Source: a virus. Taken from it: a stretch of 64,000 bases of DNA. A program made the translations under genes and the position numbers. The notes beneath the pieces are model-generated. The model was not told the origin of the DNA. It made no database searches and saw only the letters and a list, made by a program, of their open reading frames with translations. The stretch lies in the IMG/VR virus record IMGVR_UViG_3300045993_000417, positions 1 through 64,000 of that record; one strand, given 5' to 3'. Numbering within the stretch: position 1 is the first letter of the stretch; each line of letters opens with the position of its first letter. Below, piece by piece: positions 1 to 10,307 of this stretch.

Positions 1-1550
1 TAACCAATACCAATCTTAACGTAGTGGCTAAGGGGTTAGCTCAGACTAACGCTGTGGCTGGTCAAACTTCAGTCTATGGGGCGGCATGGCAGGACTTCTT
101 TACTCCAGTAGGTGCAACTTTAGCAACAGGTACGGCCTGGGCTGCAAACATAACTTCCTATACGTGTGCCGCTGCTCATGGTTTAGTTGCTGGTGACCAG
201 GTTACTATCTCAGGCGTATTAGCGTCGGTATATAACTCTACTGGTGGATATAACGGTACTTATACTGTACTGGCTACTGGATTAACAGCTACTGTGTTTA
301 AAGTGGATCAGTTGGTAAACCCAGGTACTTGGACGTCAGGCGGTACTACTTCTCCAAACCTAGGTAAGCTGGTAATACAGATGAACGAGCAGACTTCTGC
401 TACCCCTGGGTACATTCTTAATAAGATGGGTAACGGTTCGGGTTTCACCTCTATTGGTACATTGGTTCTATTGAACTTAGATGATACAGTGACGTGGGAA
501 ACTCCGTATTATATACTAGGGCATGAACAGTTCACCAATGGTGCTGTAGCCCCTTGGACTGTTGCTCAACCTACTTTCACTTCCACTAACCCTAATAACC
601 ACAATTGGTTTTACGATATAAACACTGGGGCTGGATACGGAGGTACATTCAAAAACTTGCACTTCAAGTCGTCTATGGGTGCTGCTGCTTGGGCCATCAC
701 GGGAACTACTACCTGTACGCTGACACCGGTGACTGCTACTGTTACAGGCTCGATAGCTGGGGACATCCTTACCGCTACTGCAGTGACGGCTGGATACTTA
801 TATGAGGGAATGACATTAACTGGTGCTGGGGTTACCGCTGGTACAGTAATCACTCAGGTTATTGACTCAATCACTGGTAAGGCCGGGCTATATAGGGTTG
901 GTATTATGACTGTTGCCGCTGGTACTTACACGATTGGTGTTTCTTCTCAGACAGTAACCTCTACTAGTATAACTGCTTCTACATCAGTATATGGTATTGC
1001 CGTAGGTGACGTATGCTTTGACTTGACTACTGCCGGTAACGTAGCTACTAACGCAAAGGTGGCTTCTATATCCTCTCTGGTTGCGTTTGTGCTTAACACA
1101 GCCTCTACAAACTCCACCTCTCAGGTTCTGGCGTTCTCGGCTATACATAATGAAGCGGCGTGTACTGTAGGGGTAGGATTTAAACTGAAGGTCAGATGCC
1201 GTGTTAACACAGTAGCTATTACTAACTCCTTAACTACCGTAGCAGTTCCTACGGTCACTAACTCGCTGTATCAACAAGCTCAATATCCGTTGGATATGAT
1301 TACCCTTACCCTTACCGGCATAGAGCCAGGTTCAGATATAGTCATAGTATCGTCTGGTAGTGGAGTAGAGAAGTTAAACATTGATAGTTGGGGTAGTAGT
1401 ACTTATAACTACGTGTATGAATCTCCATCTACTGTGGACATTAAAGTATACAAGCTTGGGTTCATGCCATTCAGTGTTAATGGGTACCTGTTATCATCTT
1501 CCAGCTCTAGTCTCCCTGTAGCTCAAGTAACGGATAGAACTTTTGTGTAG
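1..1550 (+). CDS. Virion fibre/appendage-like protein, 5'-truncated by the window edge
   Basis: The frame is open from nt 3 to the GTG at 24, so the true start probably lies upstream. Thr/Gly/Val-rich beta-type sequence. The C-terminus (QVTDRTFV) resembles that of the next gene (EQDRAYI). Confidence 0.55.
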   Translation, partial: TNTNLNVVAKGLAQTNAVAGQTSVYGAAWQDFFTPVGATLATGTAWAANITSYTCAAAHGLVAGDQVTISGVLASVYNSTGGYNGTYTVLATGLTATVFKVDQLVNPGTWTSGGTTSPNLGKLVIQMNEQTSATPGYILNKMGNGSGFTSIGTLVLLNLDDTVTWETPYYILGHEQFTNGAVAPWTVAQPTFTSTNPNNHNWFYDINTGAGYGGTFKNLHFKSSMGAAAWAITGTTTCTLTPVTATVTGSIAGDILTATAVTAGYLYEGMTLTGAGVTAGTVITQVIDSITGKAGLYRVGIMTVAAGTYTIGVSSQTVTSTSITASTSVYGIAVGDVCFDLTTAGNVATNAKVASISSLVAFVLNTASTNSTSQVLAFSAIHNEAACTVGVGFKLKVRCRVNTVAITNSLTTVAVPTVTNSLYQQAQYPLDMITLTLTGIEPGSDIVIVSSGSGVEKLNIDSWGSSTYNYVYESPSTVDIKVYKLGFMPFSVNGYLLSSSSSSLPVAQVTDRTFV

Positions 1551-1624
1551 TGTGGATAATTGAACTTAAAATACAGGATATGACCGGAAATGGTAAACAG
1601 GATAACTAAAGGACTTCAAACACT

Positions 1625-3280
1625 ATGAAAATCACCAGTCGTGCATCGTTAAACGTAGGCACAGAATTAACAGTAAATACAACTACTAGAGAAATCACTC
1701 TAAACGTAGCTGGTAACCTAATAGCAAAGGATGGGGTAACGTTTCAAGCCCTGTATTCTAAGATAATCGAACTGTGGACTAGCTCCACCTATAACTCGTT
1801 CCCAGAACCTTTCTACGCAATTGACGCGTTGTCTGGACAGTTCCAGATTGGCTTCGACGGTTCTCGTTACAACACTTGGACATTCGCTGGAAACACTCGC
1901 CTATACATACGTGATGGCGGTTGGAACGAATACACTGCTACCGCCCCTGGTGCAGACGGAACTTCTGCTACTGGTACTCTAGCTGCACAATACGTTGGTA
2001 TAGTGTCACTGGGTTCGGTAACTGCGGGTTCTCAGCTTTACTACCAGAAGGTATCTGGTGCAGCTCCTGCTGACTTCACTTATACAGACACAGCCAACCA
2101 AGGTATTCAAGTGTTTGGTGACGCTACTCACGGTAACTTCGATAGCAGAACGTTCTTCAAAGGATTCGTTCGTGAGTACGCTAAAAAATACAAAGACTCT
2201 GTGTTGGCGGATACTGGTAAAACAGCTACCGGCGCTTACATCGTCAACCTGTTGCTTTCTAATGAAACGGACTTGGACGTAGTTAACACTGACACTGACG
2301 TTATCGTTACTCCCATAGCACCATACAACTCAATGAAACTGAGGTATTTCTCAGGTGCATTTAATAAAGACGTTGATACTTCAGGATCTCCTCGTGCGTT
2401 TGGTATTGTAATTGACGTAGGTACACATTCTGGAATAGACGGAGCTGCAGCTAGTGGTGGGAATACTCTTACTTCTGCCATAGGTGGAATCGTTGGAGCT
2501 AACTACACTGGCGGCACTCTGACTGTTCACAATGGTGCAGCTAAAGGTGTGTATACAATTTCTGGTACTCCTACTGCTACAGTAGTTACCATTACTACTA
2601 CCTTCCCAGGTATTGCAACTGGAGCTTCATTCACAATTCAACGTGCAGCCCCTGTCGCTGCTACTTTGAAACAAATCTATACTTGGATACAAGCTAAGTT
2701 ACGTCAGGCTACGGACATTGACGATACGGCTGGTACAGTTACAGGTAAGACAGCTTCTCTTTTAGCTAACTTCGTTGGTTCTCGTTTGGACATGGGATTC
2801 TATACTCCTATTAATCCTAACGGTGGTGGCTCTGGAGTTATTGTAGAGGGTGTAGCTGACGCTGACGTAAATAACATTCGCTTCTTTGATAACACTGCTA
2901 CTCAGCGTGACTATCCATATGCTTCAGCGGGTTTGTTAAACTTCAACAGCAACTTGACCTCTGGCGGTACTGGATACTACGTTCTTTACTACACAGACCT
3001 AACCTTGGGTAATGACTACGGTACAGCTGCTGCAGTTAAGGTTAAAAACAAACTAGGAGTATTCATCTCAGGAGTTATTACTGGAGCCTCTATAGGATTC
3101 AGCTACGACTACACGAATGATACTGCGGGTGGTATGCGTACCGGTGGAGTAGACACTCCTGTTACATTGGTGGCAGGTAACCCCGGTGTAGCTAAGCCAG
3201 TGGTAGCTACTGGTATTCTTACAGCCTCTAAGTCAATCGTTATCAGTGCAGTGTCTGAGCAGGATAGAGCGTACATTTAA
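1625..3280 (+). CDS. Virion structural protein (fibre/appendage-associated), 551 aa
   Basis: Long ORF with an AAGGA SD and TAAAAT at 1567. T/G/A-rich beta composition. Confidence 0.55.
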   Translation: MKITSRASLNVGTELTVNTTTREITLNVAGNLIAKDGVTFQALYSKIIELWTSSTYNSFPEPFYAIDALSGQFQIGFDGSRYNTWTFAGNTRLYIRDGGWNEYTATAPGADGTSATGTLAAQYVGIVSLGSVTAGSQLYYQKVSGAAPADFTYTDTANQGIQVFGDATHGNFDSRTFFKGFVREYAKKYKDSVLADTGKTATGAYIVNLLLSNETDLDVVNTDTDVIVTPIAPYNSMKLRYFSGAFNKDVDTSGSPRAFGIVIDVGTHSGIDGAAASGGNTLTSAIGGIVGANYTGGTLTVHNGAAKGVYTISGTPTATVVTITTTFPGIATGASFTIQRAAPVAATLKQIYTWIQAKLRQATDIDDTAGTVTGKTASLLANFVGSRLDMGFYTPINPNGGGSGVIVEGVADADVNNIRFFDNTATQRDYPYASAGLLNFNSNLTSGGTGYYVLYYTDLTLGNDYGTAAAVKVKNKLGVFISGVITGASIGFSYDYTNDTAGGMRTGGVDTPVTLVAGNPGVAKPVVATGILTASKSIVISAVSEQDRAYI

Positions 3281-3345
3281 TACACTTGAGGTACAGCCAT
3301 AAAGGCGTTATAATATCCTTTATACGGAACAGTTGAGGACGTTTA

Positions 3346-3849
3346 ATGCCTAAAGTAGTTATAGATGGAGTAGCTAAAACAATACGAGTAAATGAATCAG
3401 CTTCTACGCTGGACATTCGTGTTGACGTCTATAAGGAATGGGTCCTGTGGGTCTCTCAATCAGATAACTCCAAGTTTTTACAGGCTATGAGATACACCGG
3501 CTTGGATCCTATGGGCGGGGCTCTATTTACTGGTGATACTTACTTCCTTATAAATGGGTGGAAGTTACTGGTAGACCTAACTCTCACTAGGGTTTCTGGT
3601 GTTTTACTTTCAGATAACTACGATACTGCCTATTACACTTACACCTTAGTCCCGCTATTCCCAGTCTCAGTATCATCACTAGTAACTACTATAAGTACTA
3701 GTGGTGGAGGTGGCGGAACTGCTCCTACTGCTTCAGAAGTCGCTACCGCTGTGTGGAACAAGCCTAAAGTAGAAATTACTACTGCCGGCTCTATAGGCGA
3801 GTGGGTCAAAGGGTTGCTCTCCACACTGAATTTCTTAGGGTTAAAATAA
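3346..3849 (+). CDS. Virion structural protein, 167 aa
   Basis: GAGGA SD. The N-terminus resembles that of 1625..3280. The 'SGGGGG..APTASEVATAVW' linker is typical of phage structural proteins. Confidence 0.5.
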   Translation: MPKVVIDGVAKTIRVNESASTLDIRVDVYKEWVLWVSQSDNSKFLQAMRYTGLDPMGGALFTGDTYFLINGWKLLVDLTLTRVSGVLLSDNYDTAYYTYTLVPLFPVSVSSLVTTISTSGGGGGTAPTASEVATAVWNKPKVEITTAGSIGEWVKGLLSTLNFLGLK

Positions 3850-3855
3850 GCGCAT

Positions 3856-5010
3856 ATGACAAACACGATTAACACTGAAGAACTTATATCAGGCGGTGAG
3901 GCCTTGATTCATATGCTTACCGACGTTGATGTTGGTAAACAGATTAAAGGCATAAAAGATGCTCTACCTGGTACCCGTTCTGTATCTAAAAAAGACACCC
4001 TTATTAAGAAAGTGAAGTACCTGGATGGGCTGAGTCGCATGGACATTAAACCTCAAGACGCTTACATCTTAAGAAACATGCCAGTCATTCCACCCATCTC
4101 CAGACCTGTCATTCCTATGGGCGGCAATCGTATCGAATATGCCGACGTAAATACGCTTTATAGAGACCATATGCTGGTCAACAACTCTCTTAAAGACGTT
4201 AAGGATATGCTTCCTAACGATCAGCTAGTAAACGAGCGTAAGGCACTCTATGAGGGCGCTAAGGCTGTTATGGGATTAGGACCAGCTATCACTGGGTCTA
4301 GTCGAGGTAAACAGCTTAAAGGCTTTCTACATCAGATTAGTGGAGATACCGGCCCTAAGGGTGGATTCTTCCATAGTAAGATTCTAAGTAAGAAACAGGA
4401 CTTTTCAGGCCGAGCTACTATCTACGCTGAGCCTAATCTAGGGTTTAACGAGGCTGCAGTTCCAGAGGATATGCTTTGGACGATGTATGAGTTCCATATC
4501 TTGAGAAGCTTGGTTAAACAAGGCTTCGACTACGTTAGTGCTAAGAAGGCTGTGGGGAGTCGTAGTCCAGCTGCGATTAACGCTTTTAATAAGGTCATTA
4601 AACAGATTCCAGTCATTCTCAACAGAGCTCCGACTTTGATGAGGACAAACATCACTGCGCATTATCCAGTGCCAATCAAAGGAAAGACACTTGGTCTTAA
4701 CCCGTTACACCTCCCAATGTATGCTGGTGACTATGATGGTGATGCCCTCACAGTTCATGTACCTATGACTCCAGGTGCGGTGGAAGAGGCTAAGTCTAAG
4801 CTACTTCCGGAGTCACATATACACGATTACCGTAAGGGGATTGGTAACTCTATGGTAGCCCCCGGTCATGAGGCTATCATCGGATCAGTGTACATGACCG
4901 AGCCGGATACTACACAAAAGACGGTCACGTTTAAGACTGAGGCTGAAGCTATGTCAGCATTTAAACGCGGTGAAATTAAAGAGAATACTCCGATCTCCAT
5001 TAAGGGGTAG
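3856..5010 (+). CDS. rpoC: DNA-directed RNA polymerase beta' subunit, middle (catalytic) fragment
   Basis: Motifs MPVIPPISRP, DVNTLYR, KKQDFSGRATI, VILNRAPTL and catalytic YAGDYDGD (cf. NADFDGD). Confidence 0.95.
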   Translation: MTNTINTEELISGGEALIHMLTDVDVGKQIKGIKDALPGTRSVSKKDTLIKKVKYLDGLSRMDIKPQDAYILRNMPVIPPISRPVIPMGGNRIEYADVNTLYRDHMLVNNSLKDVKDMLPNDQLVNERKALYEGAKAVMGLGPAITGSSRGKQLKGFLHQISGDTGPKGGFFHSKILSKKQDFSGRATIYAEPNLGFNEAAVPEDMLWTMYEFHILRSLVKQGFDYVSAKKAVGSRSPAAINAFNKVIKQIPVILNRAPTLMRTNITAHYPVPIKGKTLGLNPLHLPMYAGDYDGDALTVHVPMTPGAVEEAKSKLLPESHIHDYRKGIGNSMVAPGHEAIIGSVYMTEPDTTQKTVTFKTEAEAMSAFKRGEIKENTPISIKG

Positions 5011-5148
5011 TCCTCTTTATCTTGTACTCCCATACGTCCATGCCACAGTTCCATATACGATGGTACCCATTAACCTTACAGTTTTCCCATTCTGTGAGGT
5101 ATACTTGACTAAAAACAACCCGATGTTCTGGGCTGTTTATTGTTGCGT

Positions 5149-5871
5149 TTACTCTGCTTCAGGTTCAAACGAAGTTACTACGTAGCGGACACCGTCGTAC
5201 TCGTAAGTGAAACTACCTGATGCTTCGATGGCTAGTACCATGCGGTGGCGAATGTATCCTTCACGTTTCACCAACGTAGTATTCAACACATCGAATATCA
5301 TGTCAGGTTCATCACCAGACTCAAGGTGTTCCTTAGTGATCTCCACTGCGTCACCCTTATTAAACTCTTCAGCAATGATTGAGAATAGCTCACTTTCGCT
5401 GATTGCGACTACAGGACCATTGATGGCATCATCTGTCTCTTGGAACTTGTCACTACTCTTCAGCCAAGCTTTGAACTGATCACGGCTTCCGACTTGAGCT
5501 TCGGCGTACTCCATCATCTTAGCTTGAACAGGTTTGAATGCTTCCTGCAAACCCCTTACCATGGACGCTGATTCCTTGGAAAACTTGATGTATTCTTCGA
5601 AATCACCGGCGTTGTTTTTGTCGGTAACAGAGGACTTGAAATCCTTGCCGAGCAAAGTAGCTTCTGCAAACAACTCAAGGAATAGATCTCTGATGCGGTT
5701 GATGCGTACCCACAGATGAGAGTACTTTGGGTCATCCTTAAGTGTAGTAAGTAACTTCACATACACTGGGACGAGCTCGGTTAAGAGACTGGATACGGCC
5801 ATGAACACCTGACCGAAGACTTGGAAAATTACAGCGTACAGTTCCAACAGTTTTTGAATTGAATTGATCAT
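5149..5871 (-). CDS. Hypothetical protein (early-type island), 240 aa
   Basis: CAGGAG SD and the GGTATAA motif at 5949-5955 upstream. Confidence 0.7.
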   Translation of the reverse strand: MINSIQKLLELYAVIFQVFGQVFMAVSSLLTELVPVYVKLLTTLKDDPKYSHLWVRINRIRDLFLELFAEATLLGKDFKSSVTDKNNAGDFEEYIKFSKESASMVRGLQEAFKPVQAKMMEYAEAQVGSRDQFKAWLKSSDKFQETDDAINGPVVAISESELFSIIAEEFNKGDAVEITKEHLESGDEPDMIFDVLNTTLVKREGYIRHRMVLAIEASGSFTYEYDGVRYVVTSFEPEAE

Positions 5872-5948
5872 GATACAATTTCTCCTGTGTAAGTCAATCG
5901 CTCCGGATTGACAATTGTGAGCAGATAACCCTATCTACTCTACAATAC

Positions 5949-5955
5949 TTATACC
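5949..5955 (-). promoter_or_regulatory. Conserved GGTATAA promoter motif (early class; 1 of 10 copies)
   Basis: TTATACC on the + strand at 5949, 6456, 11713, 18209, 26553, 29495, 32843, 41669, 48804 and 51059, each directly upstream of - strand genes. Confidence 0.8.
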
Positions 5956-5987
5956 AAAAACACTGGAGGAAAATTGAATTTAAAACT

Positions 5988-6013
5988 AAAAAAACCGGAG
6001 GGGAATCCGGTTT
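5988..6013 (-). terminator. Intrinsic terminator
   Basis: AAACCGGA/TCCGGTTT stem with an A-tract on the left (U-tract on the - strand). Confidence 0.7.
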
Positions 6014-6031
6014 AGTTGGAGCTTGTTACTG

Positions 6032-6274
6032 TCAAACTGTCGTCTCTGTCATTAGCCTATCTACGCATGAACGTACCTGAACTTCGGTAAGTCCGAACAA
6101 ATCACATATGTCTGTCTTGCGATTAATAAGCTTTGCGCATACTTCCGAAACGTACTCTGAACTCCCCAGATCTTTCTTTATGGATAGTGCTTTACCCATC
6201 TGGAAAATACCTGGAGTCTTGGTGCCTGACTTCAATGTTTCTGTGATGATTTCTTCTACTAACTTCTTGTCCAT
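6032..6274 (-). CDS. Hypothetical protein (start revised to MDKKLV)
   Basis: AGGAGAG SD precedes the ATG at 6274. Confidence 0.6.
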   Translation of the reverse strand: MDKKLVEEIITETLKSGTKTPGIFQMGKALSIKKDLGSSEYVSEVCAKLINRKTDICDLFGLTEVQVRSCVDRLMTETTV

Positions 6275-6302
6275 GTTTCTCTCCTGTGTGATTGAAATTG
6301 GT

Positions 6303-6422
6303 TTAGTTACTTTCGTCAAACTTGGTATTCCTAAGTATTACCACTACTACGACCATTACAGCCAGCCATGTTAACGCACTGATCCACGGTGTAGTATAAT
6401 ACCATTTAAGAAATTCCCACAT
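6303..6422 (-). CDS. Small membrane protein, 39 aa (MWEFLKWYYTTPWISALTWLAVMVVVVVILRNTKFDESN); not in the ORF track
   Basis: AGGAG SD, a single hydrophobic helix, and the GGTATAA motif at 6456 upstream. Confidence 0.65.
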   Translation of the reverse strand: MWEFLKWYYTTPWISALTWLAVMVVVVVILRNTKFDESN

Positions 6423-6467
6423 GTGTGTCTCCTAGTATAGTTATACGTACTATACTTATACCAAAAA

Positions 6468-6812
6468 TCACTTATATTGTGCACTTTTTAAGGCTGCGGA
6501 AGTCCTCTTTATACTACCAGAAACTGAGTTAACACCGTTCTCATATAGCCAGTCCTTTCCAGCCTGGTAAGCTTTTTGTCTCATGACAGATAATTCTGGG
6601 GCCACTGCTCCAAAGGTAACTCTCGCTAATGTAGATTTTATACCGTGCGGATTCACACCAGCAAAACCACTTGCAAAACCATTTGCTATATGCTTCCTAG
6701 CTACGGCCGAACTTAGTAAACCTTTGGTTATCTGGTTTTAGGCTAAGTGAATACCTATAGCAGTACCTACTATAGCCCTCTTTTCAATCATGTTTATATA
6801 TTTATTAGTCAT
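6468..6812 (-). pseudogene. Tagged virion-type protein (MTNKYINMIEKRA...) interrupted by an in-frame TAA at 6738-6740
   Basis: The ATG at 6812 overlaps the helicase stop. The frame continues past a single TAA into ORF 6468..6656. Confidence 0.6.
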
Positions 6813-8523
6813 TCATCAACCCCACCACTTGATCACCTAAGTCTTCCTTGCTCTTACCATGATGCCATAGGTACTCGTCTATGCTAGTAGGTCGTTTACC
6901 AAAGAAGCCTTTAGGATGCACACTATGGTAGTACTCTACATCAACATGGCGGTCTTTAGCTGGTAACCCTTCGTGAGACTTAAAGCGTATACCACGAGCT
7001 ACCATCTGATCTGTCTTAGACTTATTAAAGTGATTCTCCATCACCTGTACCAGTCTAGTGTTAGTAGTGTTTAAACCTTCGGCTCCCGAGCTAGAGACAA
7101 GCATAACCCTCGTCTTCCCTGCATTATACGCGTCCTTAATTTCAGTCTTTTCCTTGCCACTTAAACCCCCGTGATATATAGAATGTGGAATACCTCTAGA
7201 CGCTAACTCTCTAGAGTATTCATTAAGACCTGCATCCATATAATTACTATGGACTATTGCTTTAAACTTCTTATCCGACTTGTGACGTTTTTCAAGCCTA
7301 TCAACCATAGTACGAATCTTAGGAGACGTGTCCTGAAGGTTGGGCATGAATGGTGAAGCAGTGTTAGATACTTGTCTTAAACCACTACTAAAAGCGTTGA
7401 GGTTAGCAGACTCTTTTTTATCTAAGGGTAGGTTCATACGTATGCGCATCTTAGTAGTCCACGGCAGTTTACCTTCCATGTACTTATACATGGCTCTCTG
7501 CTCTGGAGATAACTCTACCTCAATGTGGTGTTCCGTACTCTTTGGGAAATGCTTAGCTGCCTCAGGGTCAGTCTTAGCATCGTAGTAGTCTACGTGTCTA
7601 TCTAGGACCTTCTTCAGATACTTGTTGTTTTTTAGAGTCTTGGTCTCTTCAGGAGACGCACCTAGTACAAGCCCGGCCAAGATACCTGGTCTCTCCGTCT
7701 TAGTAGAGACAAACTCTTTGTCGAACTCTTTTTTACCTTCTGGTAGCACCTTCTTACGGGCAACCATGTTTATAAGAGGTGCCATGTCCGATACATGGTT
7801 GTACCTACTAGTACCAGTGGCTAAAACCCGTTGGTCAGCTTCTTCAATGATACCACGTAGCTCTTTATGGCGTTGGGTATTGCAATTTCTCAGCCTGTGA
7901 CTTTCATCCACAACCACTATGGAGTGGTGCTTTTTGCGTAGTTCGGCTGCGTTGTTTACGGCGCGGTCATACGTAGTTACGTTGAGGCGTGACCTATCAA
8001 TGTTGATGTTGTGTTTCTTAATTTCTTCGTCTAGATTGTTCAGCAGACTGGAGGGTACTATAGCTAGAGCATCGTTCTTCTTATCACGTTTCTGGGCTCG
8101 TTCTATGGCTACTAACATAGTCTTAGTCTTACCACTACCCATACTATGGTCTAAAAGGACGCCGCTGTTATCCTCCAGTTTTTTAAGAGCCCTCTCTTGG
8201 TAGACACTCAGTTGAGTTGGGGTGGTTTCTGACCTTGCTATTTTTAGGAGGTACTTCTTAAGGTACCTATTCTTCTTAGTCTTAACTCCTAACCTAGACT
8301 TAAGCTCCTCACCAATCTCAGCTTCTTTCTCCATTACCTTTTTGAATCCCTCGGCATGGTCCCTCTCCTCGCTACGAGCGTGTTCTATAGCCTTGCGTAA
8401 CTCCGGGGACTTAACTTCCTTCAGGCGCTCAGTGTAGTCGACTATGGCCTTCTCTTCTTCACCTTTGGATTTCTTGGCGATGGATAGGTCAGAGGCAATT
8501 TTTTGGAGGTATTTGTTATTCAT
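6805..8523 (-). CDS. SNF2-type SF2 helicase/ATPase with an N-terminal ferritin-like helical segment and YLxKIA tags
   Basis: HSMGSGKT (Walker A), VVVDESH, ATGT, SSSGAEGLN, QMVARGIR. The N-terminal EEKAIVDY...EERDH has a ferritin/rubrerythrin-like pattern. Confidence 0.85.
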   Translation of the reverse strand: MNNKYLQKIASDLSIAKKSKGEEEKAIVDYTERLKEVKSPELRKAIEHARSEERDHAEGFKKVMEKEAEIGEELKSRLGVKTKKNRYLKKYLLKIARSETTPTQLSVYQERALKKLEDNSGVLLDHSMGSGKTKTMLVAIERAQKRDKKNDALAIVPSSLLNNLDEEIKKHNINIDRSRLNVTTYDRAVNNAAELRKKHHSIVVVDESHRLRNCNTQRHKELRGIIEEADQRVLATGTSRYNHVSDMAPLINMVARKKVLPEGKKEFDKEFVSTKTERPGILAGLVLGASPEETKTLKNNKYLKKVLDRHVDYYDAKTDPEAAKHFPKSTEHHIEVELSPEQRAMYKYMEGKLPWTTKMRIRMNLPLDKKESANLNAFSSGLRQVSNTASPFMPNLQDTSPKIRTMVDRLEKRHKSDKKFKAIVHSNYMDAGLNEYSRELASRGIPHSIYHGGLSGKEKTEIKDAYNAGKTRVMLVSSSGAEGLNTTNTRLVQVMENHFNKSKTDQMVARGIRFKSHEGLPAKDRHVDVEYYHSVHPKGFFGKRPTSIDEYLWHHGKSKEDLGDQVVGLMND

Positions 8524-8726
8524 TTCGGTAACTTTCTCAAAGCTAGAACCCTTTTCTGCATACTCTCTGTTAGGCGTGCCCTTACGGAAGCCCTATAGTG
8601 ATTTAGGAAGTTTTCTAAGGATATACCATTAACGTTCTTGAAAGAACTTGTTATGTGAGATAAGTGTTTTGCCAGATGATGCCTGGTCATGGCATTCATC
8701 GCTAATTTTTCTAAGTGTCCGGACAT
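8520..8726 (-). CDS. Small tagged protein (MSGHLEKLA...)
   Basis: TAAAAT-N6-ATG upstream. The ORF overlaps the helicase start (ATGA). Confidence 0.65.
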   Translation of the reverse strand: MSGHLEKLAMNAMTRHHLAKHLSHITSSFKNVNGISLENFLNHYRASVRARLTESMQKRVLALRKLPK

Positions 8727-8797
8727 ATCCGTATTTTACCACAATGGGCTAAATTAGGCTAAAAAAACAGGCCTATAAAAGCACCTGTTTTAAACCT

Positions 8798-10294
8798 TTA
8801 GATACCAGCGATACGAACAATGTCATTAGCATTAAGAGTACTTGCGGGAAAGGCGGTCGACATTCTTACCCACTCACTGGCGTAGGAGGAGACATTAGGG
8901 GCTGTAAAGATGGTCTCAGCCGGCCGGGTGGAAGTACCTGAAGCCATCTTCTTCTTCAGTAGTTCTCCTAGGTTAGCCTGTCCTTCTTTAGCTTTCTTTA
9001 CAACCTCCTCTTTTTCTCCGTTCCTAAGGAACACCTCGAAGTGTTTCTCAGAAGCTTCGATGATAGTATCCTCAGCTCCAGTCTGTATGAGCATCTTAAT
9101 AGGTACACCGTGATACTTAGTCTTCATAAACGAATCTACGAAGTCCCTAGTGTCCTTCTTAGTTATGCCTCTAGGTAGGTACTCTGGTTTAAAATCAACC
9201 TCTGCAGTCTTGTAACTCTTAGCTTTAGCCAAGTTTATAGCAGGGGTTATTACCTTTAAGAACGAGCGATGTATAGCCGCACTATTGGAAGTGTTGAACT
9301 CTACATCAGTGCCTGAGCGAATGATCTCCATTAACACAGGTACTATCGGATAAGTTATAGGACACAGATTACCTAACTTAGCTAACCCTTCTTCTTTAGT
9401 GAAGCACTTCAGAGATTTCAAAATACTCACCATAGTGTTGAAAGAGTTTGTATACCTCATCTCACTATGCCTAACTACAGTTCTTGGAATGCTATTAACG
9501 TAAACATCGTTAGCCTTAAATATCCCACAAGATTCACCTAGGTACATGGGCTTAAGCTCTGTAGCACCATTAACTTCAGTGGAGTATCCGACTATTTCTA
9601 TGAATGGGGTACCATAGAAGTCTCTCTTGAAAGGTACACATTCAGACGTTAGCTCGGCTAGAGCTGCACCGAAACCCTGAGAAGACAACAGGTGTGACTG
9701 GTCACCGCCTGGAGTCCGGGAACTACTAATGTTAGAGACAGATATTCTCAGGCACCCTTTGTTTAAGGTAGGATCTTTGATATCTATAATCGGGACGTAG
9801 AATATCCCCTCAAAAAGTAGAATATCCCTTATATTTGCGGTAGTGACTGGGGATGCCCCGAATCTCTTAGTTCGGTGCGTCTTAACTATCTCCTCAGTGA
9901 GAGCATTCAATTGCTTCCTAAACCATATCACAGAGTTTTTGTGAGTATCAGAATTTACATGTACTCCACAGTTCATACACTTTACCTTATGTATGTTGAT
10001 ATACGCACTAGGTACGCTAAGGTACTGATAGTCTGCGTATAGCTGCTTGGCTTTAGTGGGATTAACTATACATTCGAGTACTCCCACTGAGTCATACTCA
10101 CTACCACGTGCCCTAGAGTTTATCGTAGACATCCACGTAACGAATTCAGCGTGGCTGGTAGCCTCATGGACGTTACCCTTACTGACCTTCGTTAATTCAG
10201 GGGGCTCTGGCTGAGCCGTAGCTTCCCTGACTACAGGTTGTAAAATTGGTATTACTACTGTTTCATTTGACATAACATCACTCCTATCATTCAA
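8798..10294 (-). CDS. Hypothetical protein, ~490 aa (likely start at the ATG at 10273)
   Basis: Long ORF with AGGAG before MSNETV and a CxxC. A terminator hairpin follows at ~8761-8791. Confidence 0.7.
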   Translation of the reverse strand: MNDRSDVMSNETVVIPILQPVVREATAQPEPPELTKVSKGNVHEATSHAEFVTWMSTINSRARGSEYDSVGVLECIVNPTKAKQLYADYQYLSVPSAYINIHKVKCMNCGVHVNSDTHKNSVIWFRKQLNALTEEIVKTHRTKRFGASPVTTANIRDILLFEGIFYVPIIDIKDPTLNKGCLRISVSNISSSRTPGGDQSHLLSSQGFGAALAELTSECVPFKRDFYGTPFIEIVGYSTEVNGATELKPMYLGESCGIFKANDVYVNSIPRTVVRHSEMRYTNSFNTMVSILKSLKCFTKEEGLAKLGNLCPITYPIVPVLMEIIRSGTDVEFNTSNSAAIHRSFLKVITPAINLAKAKSYKTAEVDFKPEYLPRGITKKDTRDFVDSFMKTKYHGVPIKMLIQTGAEDTIIEASEKHFEVFLRNGEKEEVVKKAKEGQANLGELLKKKMASGTSTRPAETIFTAPNVSSYASEWVRMSTAFPASTLNANDIVRIAGI

Positions 10295-10307
10295 CTAAAG
10301 TATGTAG

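Noticed and set aside
6738-6740. Stop-codon reassignment
   Set aside because: TAA, TAG and TGA all end intact genes in this window. The other internal stops are explained by an intron, a frameshift and a decayed HNH.
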